From: Thermoplasmatota archaeon
GTDB lineage: Archaea; Thermoplasmatota; E2; JACPAO01; JAHFTW01
Length of the DNA: 64,000 bases
Assembly (NCBI GenBank): GCA_041601615.1
Contig: JBFIHX010000003.1
Location: forward strand, 256,001-320,000
Direction of reading: 5' to 3'
The translations under genes and the position numbers were made by a program. Positions 1 to 9,050 of the stretch are shown here, piece by piece. Under the pieces are notes generated by a model, which did no database searches, was not told where the DNA came from, and saw only the letters and a program-made list of their open reading frames with translations. Numbering within the stretch: position 1 is the first letter of the stretch; each line of letters opens with the position of its first letter.

Positions 1-327
1 GTGGCGCTTGATTGCTCGTGGCGCCAAGCTGAGGAAATGTTCCCTCTCTTGCAAGGTGAGGTGCGCAGCCGCGCCCTGCCGTTTTTGGTGGCGGCGAGTC
101 CGGCCAAATTTGGAACGCCTTTCGAGTTGAGCACGGCGGAAGCGCTCGCAGCGGCCTTGTACATTGCCGGCGAGCAGCGTCAAGCCAAGCGGATTCTCAA
201 GTGCGTGCCGTGGGCGGACACGTTTTGGGAAGTCAACGCGCAGCCGCTTGCCGATTATGCTGCTTGCACGACGAGCACTGAGGTCGTGGCGGCGCAGGCG
301 TTGTTTTTGCGGGACGAGGAAGAGTAG
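1..327 (+). CDS. tsr3: rRNA aminocarboxypropyltransferase Tsr3 (5'-truncated by window edge)
   Basis: LDCSW, RALPFLVAA and ELSTAEALAAALYI motifs of the Tsr3/DUF367 family. Confidence 0.88.
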   Translation: MALDCSWRQAEEMFPLLQGEVRSRALPFLVAASPAKFGTPFELSTAEALAAALYIAGEQRQAKRILKCVPWADTFWEVNAQPLADYAACTTSTEVVAAQALFLRDEEE

Positions 328-339
328 CCGCCGCAAAGC

Positions 340-1950
340 TCAGTCCCGGGCACCGATTTTTTCGACGTAGATCCAGTCTGCCACTTGCACGACGCCACGG
401 CCATGGTCGAACGTCAACACCACTTCTTTGGCGTTGACAGGAAGCGGCACATGGATGGTGTTGAGGATGGTTTTGGCGGCGTGTTCTCCCGGCGGAACGA
501 AGGCGCCAAGCTCGGCAAGGGTCCAGTATGTTTCTTGGACGGTGTCGGGGGGGCCGGTGCGCACGAGGATGCCCATGCCTTGTAGTTCGGTGGCGTTGAC
601 GGTTTCGGGGTCCAATCCGATGCGGAAGCTGAGGTCGCGTTCCTCGGGTCGAACATCGACTCGGTACGTGCTCGGTCCGACCCATCGAATGGCGGTTTGG
701 CGGGCGCTTGTGTAGGTGTTTTTGGCGGGGCATTCTTCGCCATCGCATCGTTCTACGGCCACCTCCCGGCTTGCCCTTCCGTCACCGTCCGCAATAACAT
801 CCCTGGAAATGGATTGCGCATCGGCGGGGTGGTAGCTTGTGACAACGCCAGGAACCGGCCAGGGTGCTTGGCCAGTCAGCATCGGCAGCAGGTTGGCCTC
901 CGCGCCGAGGTAGTGGCGGAAAAACCCGTTCATCAATGCCACGCCGTGGAGCCTTTGGGCGGTGGGCGTGTCGCGGCCGCTGGTGGGGCTGGATTCGTCG
1001 CACCAGGGATCGTCGCGGTCGCCCCAGTCGCTTCGGGTCCAGATGGTGTTGTAGTAATTGTGGTTGGCGCCCATGGTCAAGAATTGGTGCATGGGTGCGG
1101 TGTTCTCGTTGCGCGCGTCGTCGTACAGCCGGGAGCCGGAGAGGTCGTACATGTCGCCGTCGCAGTAGGGCAACAATACGGCAAACGGTACGCCTCGGAT
1201 GTCTTGGCGGTCGAAGTCGGAGGGCGCGAGTGCAAACACGGCGCGGATGGTGATTTCGGGCGGCAGTGCGCCTTCGTCGCGGGCCATGGCCCAGGCGCGA
1301 GATACCCCTTCGCCGCCTCTGCTGTGGCCCATGAGTCCAACGCGGGTCAAGTCGAGTCGGCCGGTTAGGCCTTGTAATGTGTCTTCGCCAGTGCCTGCGT
1401 TGGCGTCGGTGAGGGCAAGGAGCACTTGGTGGATGATGCGGGCGCGGGCGGTAGCGCCGAGGTCGTCGCCGAAGAGGAATCGGTTTTCGTTGTCGCGGTC
1501 GTTGACGTTGTTGGCGTCCACGGACAGCACCACGTAGCCGTGCGAGGCGAGGTTTTGAGCGAGGTAGTCGTAGCCTTTGTACGAATCCACGGGAGACAGT
1601 ACGGGGGTCGCATTCGGGCATGGTTGCAACAGTCGTTCGCCCACGGGGGTGGCGCATGTGCTGTGTCGGCCATGCATCAGCAGGACAACGGGGTAGCTGC
1701 CGTCGCCTTCGGGGACTTGGATGGAACCCTGGATGTGGACTAGGTAGGGGCCGCTTTGTCCTTCGATGATGTGTGTTCCGAGGTTCCATTCTGAGCGCAC
1801 GGAATCCAGGGCGCCGTTGGCGAGTGGATCGCCGAGCGTGAGCGGGAACTCCGATGCGAGGTTCTTGCCGGGCACATCATCGATGCATCCTGAGAACGGA
1901 ACCAGAAGGAGAAGAAGGAGCGCGGGAAGGGAGCGGGCCCAGGTTCGCAT
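340..1950 (-). CDS. Secreted lipoprotein, alpha/beta hydrolase
   Basis: Signal peptide with lipobox FSGC; HGRH, GYDYLA..LASHGYVV and GHSRGGEG nucleophile elbow; start moved to MRTWARS. Confidence 0.8.
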   Translation of the reverse strand: MRTWARSLPALLLLLLVPFSGCIDDVPGKNLASEFPLTLGDPLANGALDSVRSEWNLGTHIIEGQSGPYLVHIQGSIQVPEGDGSYPVVLLMHGRHSTCATPVGERLLQPCPNATPVLSPVDSYKGYDYLAQNLASHGYVVLSVDANNVNDRDNENRFLFGDDLGATARARIIHQVLLALTDANAGTGEDTLQGLTGRLDLTRVGLMGHSRGGEGVSRAWAMARDEGALPPEITIRAVFALAPSDFDRQDIRGVPFAVLLPYCDGDMYDLSGSRLYDDARNENTAPMHQFLTMGANHNYYNTIWTRSDWGDRDDPWCDESSPTSGRDTPTAQRLHGVALMNGFFRHYLGAEANLLPMLTGQAPWPVPGVVTSYHPADAQSISRDVIADGDGRASREVAVERCDGEECPAKNTYTSARQTAIRWVGPSTYRVDVRPEERDLSFRIGLDPETVNATELQGMGILVRTGPPDTVQETYWTLAELGAFVPPGEHAAKTILNTIHVPLPVNAKEVVLTFDHGRGVVQVADWIYVEKIGARD

Positions 1951-1993
1951 GGGCGCGGCAACAGAGTCCCGATTTATGATTTGGTTCCGAGTT

Positions 1994-3157
1994 CTAGGCC
2001 TTGCACAATTGCGTGTGGTGGTTGGCGTTGGCGCTGGCAATCACGCACCCGCTGGGCATTTCGATATCGATGCTGTGGTAGCCGATGCCTTCCAGGAGCG
2101 CGATGCCTTCTCCGCCTGCGATGGCTTCGAGTTGCCATGTGCCGCCGGGCCCTTCGTGGCCGAAGCTTTCGATTTTGATGGATTGGCCTTCGGTGGGGTC
2201 GAGGGTGGTTTCGTAGACGGTGCCGTCGGGGGCGGTTGCTTTGATGCTGTAGTAGCCACGGGCTGTGGGGACGCTGCTGGGGCCGACGCCGTTGACGTTG
2301 ATGCTGTTGCTGGCAAATCCATCGAGGAGAATGATGGAGAAGCTGGTGCGGTCGTAGCCTTCTGCGATTTCAATGGATTCCGTGGGCACGACGAGGTTCG
2401 GGTTTGCAAGATTGAAGTTGCTGACGTCCAAGACGCCGACGGCGCGGCCGTGCAGGAAGATCAAGTCGTGGTCGTGGGGAACTCGGACGGTGCCGGTGTA
2501 GTTGTAGCCGTGGTCGACGATTTCGTAGTCGGCGTATCCGGGGCTGATCCAGCGGCTGATTTCGCCGTATTCGGCGTTGTAGGTGAATTGGCCGCTGCCC
2601 TGGCCGCCTCCGCCGGCAGTGATGAAGGCTGTGCCGTTGGCTTCGTCCACTTCTTCGACGACGAAGGTGAGGCTGGCGGCTGTGGTTTCGAAGTTGCTGA
2701 CCCACGTTTTGCCTTCCACGAGGGGGAATTGGAGCGGGGCGTAGGGTACGTCGTGGGCGTCGTAGCTAAGGTCCGCGCGCTTGATGTCACCGTAGCCGGG
2801 GACGTGCAGGACCATGACGTCGTTGACGAATTGGTCTACGGGGAATCCGACGAGGTAGTTGTCGTGCTCCGTTCCGGCGACGACGCGGATGAAGTCGTAG
2901 GTTTGGCCATCGAAGTGGCTGACCATGCGGTATTTCCACCATTCGCCAAGGCGCCAAGTGGGCACGTCGAAGCCGCGTTCACCTTCGACGGGGGGCAGGC
3001 GCGGAAGTTTGGGTTGATCAACGGTGAAGTTGGTTTCGGAGTCTAGAAATTGGGGTTCGTCCGAGTCGGTCTCCGTTGGAGTGGGGGCCGGTTTGTCGTC
3101 GACGCAGCCGGCAAAGGCGAGGAGCCCGAGGCAGAGTACGGTCAAGATCGTGCGCAT
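1994..3157 (-). CDS. Lipoprotein of unknown function (related to 52162..53271)
   Basis: MRTIL...FAGC lipobox; PTWRLGEWWKY motif; acidic, normal codon usage. Confidence 0.75.
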   Translation of the reverse strand: MRTILTVLCLGLLAFAGCVDDKPAPTPTETDSDEPQFLDSETNFTVDQPKLPRLPPVEGERGFDVPTWRLGEWWKYRMVSHFDGQTYDFIRVVAGTEHDNYLVGFPVDQFVNDVMVLHVPGYGDIKRADLSYDAHDVPYAPLQFPLVEGKTWVSNFETTAASLTFVVEEVDEANGTAFITAGGGGQGSGQFTYNAEYGEISRWISPGYADYEIVDHGYNYTGTVRVPHDHDLIFLHGRAVGVLDVSNFNLANPNLVVPTESIEIAEGYDRTSFSIILLDGFASNSINVNGVGPSSVPTARGYYSIKATAPDGTVYETTLDPTEGQSIKIESFGHEGPGGTWQLEAIAGGEGIALLEGIGYHSIDIEMPSGCVIASANANHHTQLCKA

Positions 3158-3309
3158 GACCGAAGGAGGTCGGGCGACGACGGTTAACGATTGCGTCACT
3201 CGGTTTTCTGATTGGGTTGTTTTTGGTGGAATGATGCGGGGAAGGAGGTCCCTTGTGCACGACGATGTGGGGCCAAACGGCTAACCCTCCGTTCTTGGTT
3301 GCAGCCCTC

Positions 3310-5004
3310 GTGCCCAAGACCGCTGCCGCCCAGAGCACTGCCGATGAAGCCGCTAAAATCGCGCGCCCGCCCGTGGCGAATCCTGATACGCCGCTTCGGT
3401 GCAAGTCCTGGCGCACGGAGGCGATTCTGCGGATGCTCGAGAACAACTTGCACAACGCGGAAGAGCCGGACAAGCTCATTGTGTATGGCGGCACCGGCAA
3501 GGCGGCACGCAACCAGGAGTGCCTGGATACGATCAAGGCGAATTTGATGAGGTTGGGCGACGACGAAACGCTCCTGATTCAATCCGGCAAGCCGGTTGCG
3601 GTGTTTCCGACGTGGCCACAGGCGCCTCGGGTGTTGATGGCCAACAGCCATCTCGTGCCGCAATGGTCGAATTGGGACGAATTCAACAAGCTCGAAGCGG
3701 AAGGGCTGACGATGTACGGTCAGATGACGGCTGGGTCCTGGTGCTACATTGGAACACAGGGCATCATCCAAGGTACCTATGAGACGTTCGTGGCGGCGGC
3801 GCGCAAGCACTTCGACCAAGATACGCTTCAGGGAAAAATCGTCTTGACCGGGGGCCTTGGTGGCATGGGTGGCGCCCAGCCTCTTGCGGTCACCATGGCC
3901 GGCGGTGCTTGCCTCGCGATCGAAGTGGACGAAGCTCGTGCGCGTCGAAGAATGGAAGCAGGGTTCGTGGATCGCATCGAGACCGACGCTCGCGTGGCCC
4001 GCACCATTGTGGAAGAAGCCGCCAAGCAAGGACGCGCCTACTCGGTGGCGTTGATTGCCAATTGCGCCGATGCTCTCCCTGCCCTGCTGGCTGCAGGTTT
4101 CGCCCCGGACCTTGTTACGGACCAAACCAGTGCCCACGATCCTCTGAATGGGTATGTTCCAGGTGGCATGGAGTTTGGAGAGGCGCTCAAGCTACGCGCC
4201 CGCGACCCCGGCGCGTACAAGACCGCCGCGTACGAATCCATGGCCCGCCACGTCGAAGCGATGGTCGGCTTCCAATCCGCTGGCAGCCACACGTTCGACT
4301 ACGGCAATAACCTCCGAGAAGGTGCTCGCATCGGTGGCCTGCCCCGTGATGTTGCGTACAGCTTCCTTGGCTTTGTGCCCGCCTACATTCGGCCCCTGTT
4401 TTGCGAGGGTCGTGGACCGTTCCGTTGGCTGAGTTTGCGCGGAGACCCGGAGGACATCCGTAAGACTGGCGCGCTGGTGAAGCGGATGTTCCCCGACAAC
4501 GAAGCACTTGCCCGCTGGATCGACCTCGCGGACAAAAATTTGCCCTGGGAGGGCCTGCCGGCCCGTGTGTGCTGGCTTGGAATGGGTGAACGGGATCTAT
4601 TTGCGCTGGCCATGAACGAAATGGTGGACAAGGGAGAAATCGGCCCCATCGCCGTCACCCGCGACCACCTAGACTGCGGCAGTGTGGCGAGTCCGTACCG
4701 TGAGACGGAGGGCATGAAGGATGGCAGCGACGCCATCGCCGACTGGCCGCTTCTGAATGCCATGGTCAACATTGCGGCGGGCGCAGACAGCGTCCACATC
4801 CACAATGGTGGCGGCGTCGGAATCGGGTACTCCACGCACGCGGGCCAAGTGGTGGTGTTGGACGGCTCGGAGCTTGCCAAGGACAAGGCGACGCGCGTGT
4901 TCCGCACGGATCCCGGCATGGGCATTGTGCGGCATGTGGATGCTGGCTACGATGAGGCGCGGGTCGTGGCAGAGCGCACGGGTGTGCAGACGCCGCTCGT
5001 TTGA
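3310..5004 (+). CDS. hutU: Urocanate hydratase
   Basis: LIVYGGTGKAARN, YGQMTAGSW.YIGTQGI.QGTYET, TDQTSAHD, RDHLDCGSVASPYRETE motifs; GTG start at 3310 inferred. Confidence 0.97.
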   Translation: MPKTAAAQSTADEAAKIARPPVANPDTPLRCKSWRTEAILRMLENNLHNAEEPDKLIVYGGTGKAARNQECLDTIKANLMRLGDDETLLIQSGKPVAVFPTWPQAPRVLMANSHLVPQWSNWDEFNKLEAEGLTMYGQMTAGSWCYIGTQGIIQGTYETFVAAARKHFDQDTLQGKIVLTGGLGGMGGAQPLAVTMAGGACLAIEVDEARARRRMEAGFVDRIETDARVARTIVEEAAKQGRAYSVALIANCADALPALLAAGFAPDLVTDQTSAHDPLNGYVPGGMEFGEALKLRARDPGAYKTAAYESMARHVEAMVGFQSAGSHTFDYGNNLREGARIGGLPRDVAYSFLGFVPAYIRPLFCEGRGPFRWLSLRGDPEDIRKTGALVKRMFPDNEALARWIDLADKNLPWEGLPARVCWLGMGERDLFALAMNEMVDKGEIGPIAVTRDHLDCGSVASPYRETEGMKDGSDAIADWPLLNAMVNIAAGADSVHIHNGGGVGIGYSTHAGQVVVLDGSELAKDKATRVFRTDPGMGIVRHVDAGYDEARVVAERTGVQTPLV

Positions 5005-5074
5005 GTGGGAGCCACGGCCAAGAGGGTGCGTCCGTGGGTCCGTCTGGGTGTTGGCACTCAGCGGGTTTCGGGGG

Positions 5075-5560
5075 TTACGCTAGATACAGAACGGCGGACC
5101 AGGTGACGGTTCGTTCCAGTTGTACGGAAGCGGGGCCGGCGCCGCCGATGCCCACTTGGAAGGGGCCTTTGTAGCCGTCGAGATGATCGAGGTGGATGGA
5201 CAAGGGGCTGGTGCCTTGCGCTTCGGCTACGGGTTCGCCATTGTACCGTGACACGGTCACGAAGAGGCCGGTGGGGTCGACGACGCTGTCCCACGTGACG
5301 TTGAGGTAGCCGTGGGTCGGAGCGCCTTGGTTGGTGCTGAAGGTGCCAAAGTCCCAGGATGAGTAGCCAAAGCAGCGGCCGTCTTGGTCTGGGCAGACGC
5401 CTACTTGGGTCAGTTGGCTGGTGCCGTCAAAGAAAACTTGGGTGGGTGCGGGGTCTGTGTCCTGGCCGGTCAGATCATCGGGACGCTCGGGTGTGTTGCT
5501 TCCGAGGCATCCGGCCATCAGGAGCGTCAATGCTGTGAGTATCAGGGCGATTCGGGACAT
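5075..5560 (-). CDS. Small lipoprotein, unknown function
   Basis: MSRIAL...MAGC lipobox; beta-rich mature part. Confidence 0.7.
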   Translation of the reverse strand: MSRIALILTALTLLMAGCLGSNTPERPDDLTGQDTDPAPTQVFFDGTSQLTQVGVCPDQDGRCFGYSSWDFGTFSTNQGAPTHGYLNVTWDSVVDPTGLFVTVSRYNGEPVAEAQGTSPLSIHLDHLDGYKGPFQVGIGGAGPASVQLERTVTWSAVLYLA

Positions 5561-5705
5561 GGTTGCACGCGGGTGTGGGATGTGGTGGTCCTAGCTTCGT
5601 ATTGAAGCTTTAGGATTCGCAAGGGTTTGATGGAGGGGGTTGAGGTCGCGCCTGGCGCGGGTGGTGGGCTGGATGGGTTCATCCAGCGGGTGATTCCACG
5701 TCGAT

Positions 5706-6485
5706 TTAGGACTGCACGCCGGTGCAGTGGCCGTTCGAGGAGCGAAGGCCGACGCAGTAGGATTCACCGGAGTTGGGGAGGTAGGCGCCCCAGCAGACAC
5801 CGTTGCTGCCGCTCCAGCCGACGCAGCTGCTGCTGAGTACGAAGACGGCGTCGGATTCCATGGTGAGTTCGTCGAGGTAGGTCTGGGGGCCCTGGACGCC
5901 GGTGCAGTGTCCGCTGGAGGAGTGGATGCCGACGCAGATGGATTCGCCGGAGTCGGGGGTGTAGACGCCCCAGCAGACGCCGTTGCTTCCGCCCCAGCCG
6001 ATGCAGCTGCTGCTGACAGCGGCGGCGTCGTTGGAGCTCTGCAGGAGTTTCTCGATGTAGGTCACGGGGCCTTGGACACCGGTGCAGTGGCCGCTGGCGG
6101 AGCGGATGCCGACGCAGGCGGCTTCGCCGGAGTCGGGGGTGTAGACGCCCCAGCACAGGCCGCTGGGGTCGCCCCAGCCGATGCAGCTGCTGCTCAGGCC
6201 GTAGGCGGCGTCGGAGCTCGTGGTGGTGATGTCGAGGAGACCTTCGGGGCCTTGGGCTCCGGTGCAGTGTCCGCTGGAGGAGTGGATGCCGACGCAGATG
6301 GATTCGCCGGAGTCGGGGGTGTAGACGCCCCAACATACGCCGTTGCTTCCGCCCCAGCCGATGCAGCTGCTGTTGACGGTGCCCTCGCCGACTTTCTCGA
6401 CGGCCAAGGCGGAGGTGGTGGGGGCGAACGCAAGGATTGCGAGAGTCATACTGGCTGCGATGGCCAGAGTTGTTTTGGTGTTCAT
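5706..6485 (-). CDS. Secreted protein with four tandem Cys-rich repeats
   Basis: Sec signal (...APTTSA) then four SSC.GW....G.CWG.Y.P.SGE..CVG..S..GHCTG units. Confidence 0.85.
   Translation of the reverse strand: MNTKTTLAIAASMTLAILAFAPTTSALAVEKVGEGTVNSSCIGWGGSNGVCWGVYTPDSGESICVGIHSSSGHCTGAQGPEGLLDITTTSSDAAYGLSSSCIGWGDPSGLCWGVYTPDSGEAACVGIRSASGHCTGVQGPVTYIEKLLQSSNDAAAVSSSCIGWGGSNGVCWGVYTPDSGESICVGIHSSSGHCTGVQGPQTYLDELTMESDAVFVLSSSCVGWSGSNGVCWGAYLPNSGESYCVGLRSSNGHCTGVQS
5715..6371 (-). repeat. Intragenic tandem repeat, 4 units, exact 180-bp period
   Basis: Units start at 6371, 6191, 6011 and 5831; cores of units 1 and 3 are identical in protein, linkers differ. Confidence 0.92.
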
Positions 6486-6566
6486 GTATTTCACTCTTGA
6501 AGCAAAGGAGCTTCAGAGCGGCACAAATTCTTTCGATACTTAATGATGATTCCGCATTGCAACATA

Positions 6567-6630
6567 AATCACTAGGGAATCGTGGCAAACTTTACGAGTT
6601 GGTAAAGTATTATTCGTTTCCCTAGCGATT
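6567..6630. repeat. AT-rich imperfect palindrome in intergenic region
   Basis: AATCACTAGGGAA...TTCCCTAGCGATT outer arms with inner ACTTTAC/GTAAAGT. Confidence 0.65.
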
Positions 6631-6677
6631 GGGATGAAACGAGGCTCCAAGAGCACTCGAAGCGGGGCTCTGGTGAC

Positions 6678-7106
6678 CTAGCTTGCGTTTGCTTTGAAGT
6701 GAACCCGGTACATCGTCGAGTCGGCGACATCGGTGCCTTCCACCTCAATGAAGTAGTGGGGGCAGGCGTCGTAGTTCATGTCAATCATAATCTGGGCGTG
6801 TCCGTCTTGGCCCACGGCGACCTGTTCAAAGAGACCCGAGGGGTCGTTCACGTTGCGCACGCGCAGCGTTAGTACGTCGTCCGGGGTGTCGTAGTAGAGG
6901 TTCACGAAGTGGAAGTGCGGCCGGTCGGTTTTGCACTGGACTTGCTCGAACTTCTCACCAAGGCTGCGCGACATGTGGCGATATTCGTGCTCTGCGGTCT
7001 CGCCGTCCTCTAGAAATCCCACGAATGGGCCGGCGTAGGCGGGGGCGGCGAGGGTGGTGGGCAGCATCAGAAATATGATCGCGAGGGCGACATAGGGCAG
7101 GCGCAT
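6678..7106 (-). CDS. Secreted hypothetical protein
   Basis: Sec-type signal peptide; acidic beta-rich mature domain with two Cys. Confidence 0.7.
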   Translation of the reverse strand: MRLPYVALAIIFLMLPTTLAAPAYAGPFVGFLEDGETAEHEYRHMSRSLGEKFEQVQCKTDRPHFHFVNLYYDTPDDVLTLRVRNVNDPSGLFEQVAVGQDGHAQIMIDMNYDACPHYFIEVEGTDVADSTMYRVHFKANAS

Positions 7107-7258
7107 GGGACGAGAGTCCCGTCAGGGGGCTTTGAGGTTGCGGGTTCGCTCTACCGGAATAATGGCAAGAGCTGGGTGCCATGACCGCTGGCTTGTGCCC
7201 GGCGGCTTCATTCCACGGCTATCATGCACTGTTTGCCGCCTGTCGGCAGGAACAACCC

Positions 7259-7657
7259 ATGCCCGAAACACCCCTGCAACTGATCCTGGAAGCCAACGTC
7301 AAGAAAGGCCACGAAAACACCCTGCGCGAACTGGCCAAGTCGGGCTCCGCGAAGATTGAGAAATCCGAACCGGGCACGCTCGAGTACCGCTGGGTCATCG
7401 ATGATGAAGGCACCAAAGTCCGATTCTTGGACACCTACGCGAACTCGAAGGCGTTCGTGGACCACATTCACACTGCCCAGTCGACTGGCTTCATGGACGA
7501 ATTGATGGGCTGCGTGGACATCACGGCCGCCCACGTGGTCGGGAACCCCAATCCTGAGGCGCGCAAGATTCTGGACGGCTTCCACGCTCAGTACTTCCAC
7601 AATCTTGGCGGCTTCAACCGCATGCAGGCGACGGCGCCCATGACGGCATCCCGATAG
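7259..7657 (+). CDS. Antibiotic biosynthesis monooxygenase (ABM) family protein
   Basis: VKKG...EPGTLEYRW...DTYANSKAFVDH pattern of dimeric alpha-beta barrel ABM proteins. Confidence 0.8.
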   Translation: MPETPLQLILEANVKKGHENTLRELAKSGSAKIEKSEPGTLEYRWVIDDEGTKVRFLDTYANSKAFVDHIHTAQSTGFMDELMGCVDITAAHVVGNPNPEARKILDGFHAQYFHNLGGFNRMQATAPMTASR

Positions 7658-7724
7658 TCGGTCCCGGTCCGTCCCGCTCGGTACCACCGGGTGCCGCTCG
7701 GTCTCGGGTGTGCCCCGCTTAGCG

Positions 7725-8336
7725 CTATTTTGCCTCCTTTCCCCGTTCGGCCTTGTCTAGTGTGGTCAACAAGGACAACGCTGGGTCGCGAAACCGCATT
7801 TGTCCGTGTAGTTGACGACTCGCTTCGAGGTAGGCACGCAGAAAATCGACGACATGCTTGAGGGGGATGAATCGGCATGGCTCCATGTGTTCGCCGGGCC
7901 TTGACCCGAACAGTAGGAGGCGCACGCGGGAATTGTCATGCAGTGTGGCGGTTCCCTCTTTTTGCAGCACGGTGACGAGGTGGGTTTGTTCGTCGCGGTT
8001 GCCGCAGCCAAAGCGCCGCAAGCATTCGTGTAGTACGCCTCGGTGGAGCAGAACGCGGTTGGGGTTGGCCATGCCTTCTTTGACTTCGGCGATGATGAAT
8101 TCGCGGCGCCGGTGGTCGAGGTCGAGGACGGGGTCCATGTCCAGTTTTTCGCCTTGCATGGGGTGGGGTCGGGGCAGCACGCGGCCGGCGCCGGGCAAGC
8201 GAATCGCGAGCAGGTCTACGTCGGTTGCTTCGCGGAATGTGCCGTCTTTGTTGCGGTGCAGAATGGGATATTCGGTGACGGTGAGGAATCCGTTGATGCG
8301 CAGGTATGCTTGGACGAAGGCGTCCGCGTAGTCCAT
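7725..8336 (-). CDS. PD-(D/E)XK nuclease-like protein
   Basis: V.AYLR.NGF.TV.EYP, TDVDLLAIR and IAEVKEG motifs; start at MDYAD. Confidence 0.6.
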   Translation of the reverse strand: MDYADAFVQAYLRINGFLTVTEYPILHRNKDGTFREATDVDLLAIRLPGAGRVLPRPHPMQGEKLDMDPVLDLDHRRREFIIAEVKEGMANPNRVLLHRGVLHECLRRFGCGNRDEQTHLVTVLQKEGTATLHDNSRVRLLLFGSRPGEHMEPCRFIPLKHVVDFLRAYLEASRQLHGQMRFRDPALSLLTTLDKAERGKEAK

Positions 8337-8611
8337 CGTTGGGTCTTGGCGTGGGGGGACTTGACGATGCGGGGTGTGACTGCGCGGTGTGGCGGGGACG
8401 CTTGGGGGCAAGGTTGCGTGGCGGCGAGACGGGGATGTGTCGCTGCGGCGCGGTTGGGCTGCGGGGTGCGTGTTCGCGGGGTGGGTAGCTCTGCGCGTGG
8501 GCGCAGGGCTGTGAGGGCAACCAAGCGGGCTTCGAGGGCCCTTTCCGCTGGATGCTCAGGGCACCGCCATGCACTAGGAGCAAGAAAGGGGAGTGTGCCT
8601 TTGGTGCACTT

Positions 8612-9007
8612 ATGTCGGGACCTATCCAACTCATACTCGATGCGCAGATTCGATCCGGTCAGGAGGCGACGTTTCAGCGGGTCTGTCGAGCGGTGCCTGA
8701 TTTGATTCAAAAAGCGGAGCCTCGCACCCTGGAATCTCGCTGGGTCGTTCAGGAGGGCGGTGATCGCGTGCTCTTGATGGATTTGTATGCGTCATCGTCG
8801 GCGTTGGTGCAGCATTTTCAGAACCTACAAACCAGCGGGCACCTGGATGCGATTCGTTCTTGCCTGAACCTGGTGGCGGTCCATTGTGTGGGGTCGCCGG
8901 ACGCCCGCGCTCGTTTGGTGCTGGGTGAACTGGGCACGCTCTACTACCATCCTGTCGGCGGGTTTGTGCGCGACGTGCGGCCGGTTCCGCTCATGGTTGC
9001 GCTTTGA
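8612..9007 (+). CDS. ABM family protein, paralog of 7259..7657
   Basis: PIQLILDAQ vs PLQLILEAN; EPRTLESRW vs EPGTLEYRW; shared H.VG.P...AR and GGF.R. Confidence 0.75.
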   Translation: MSGPIQLILDAQIRSGQEATFQRVCRAVPDLIQKAEPRTLESRWVVQEGGDRVLLMDLYASSSALVQHFQNLQTSGHLDAIRSCLNLVAVHCVGSPDARARLVLGELGTLYYHPVGGFVRDVRPVPLMVAL

Positions 9008-9050
9008 GTCGGACCGTCAAGACTGAGAGCAGGTCTCGCGTGGCGGTGTC

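Noticed and set aside
5715-6371. CRISPR or non-coding repeat
   Set aside because: The 180-bp period is in frame inside a signal-peptide ORF with synonymous variation.
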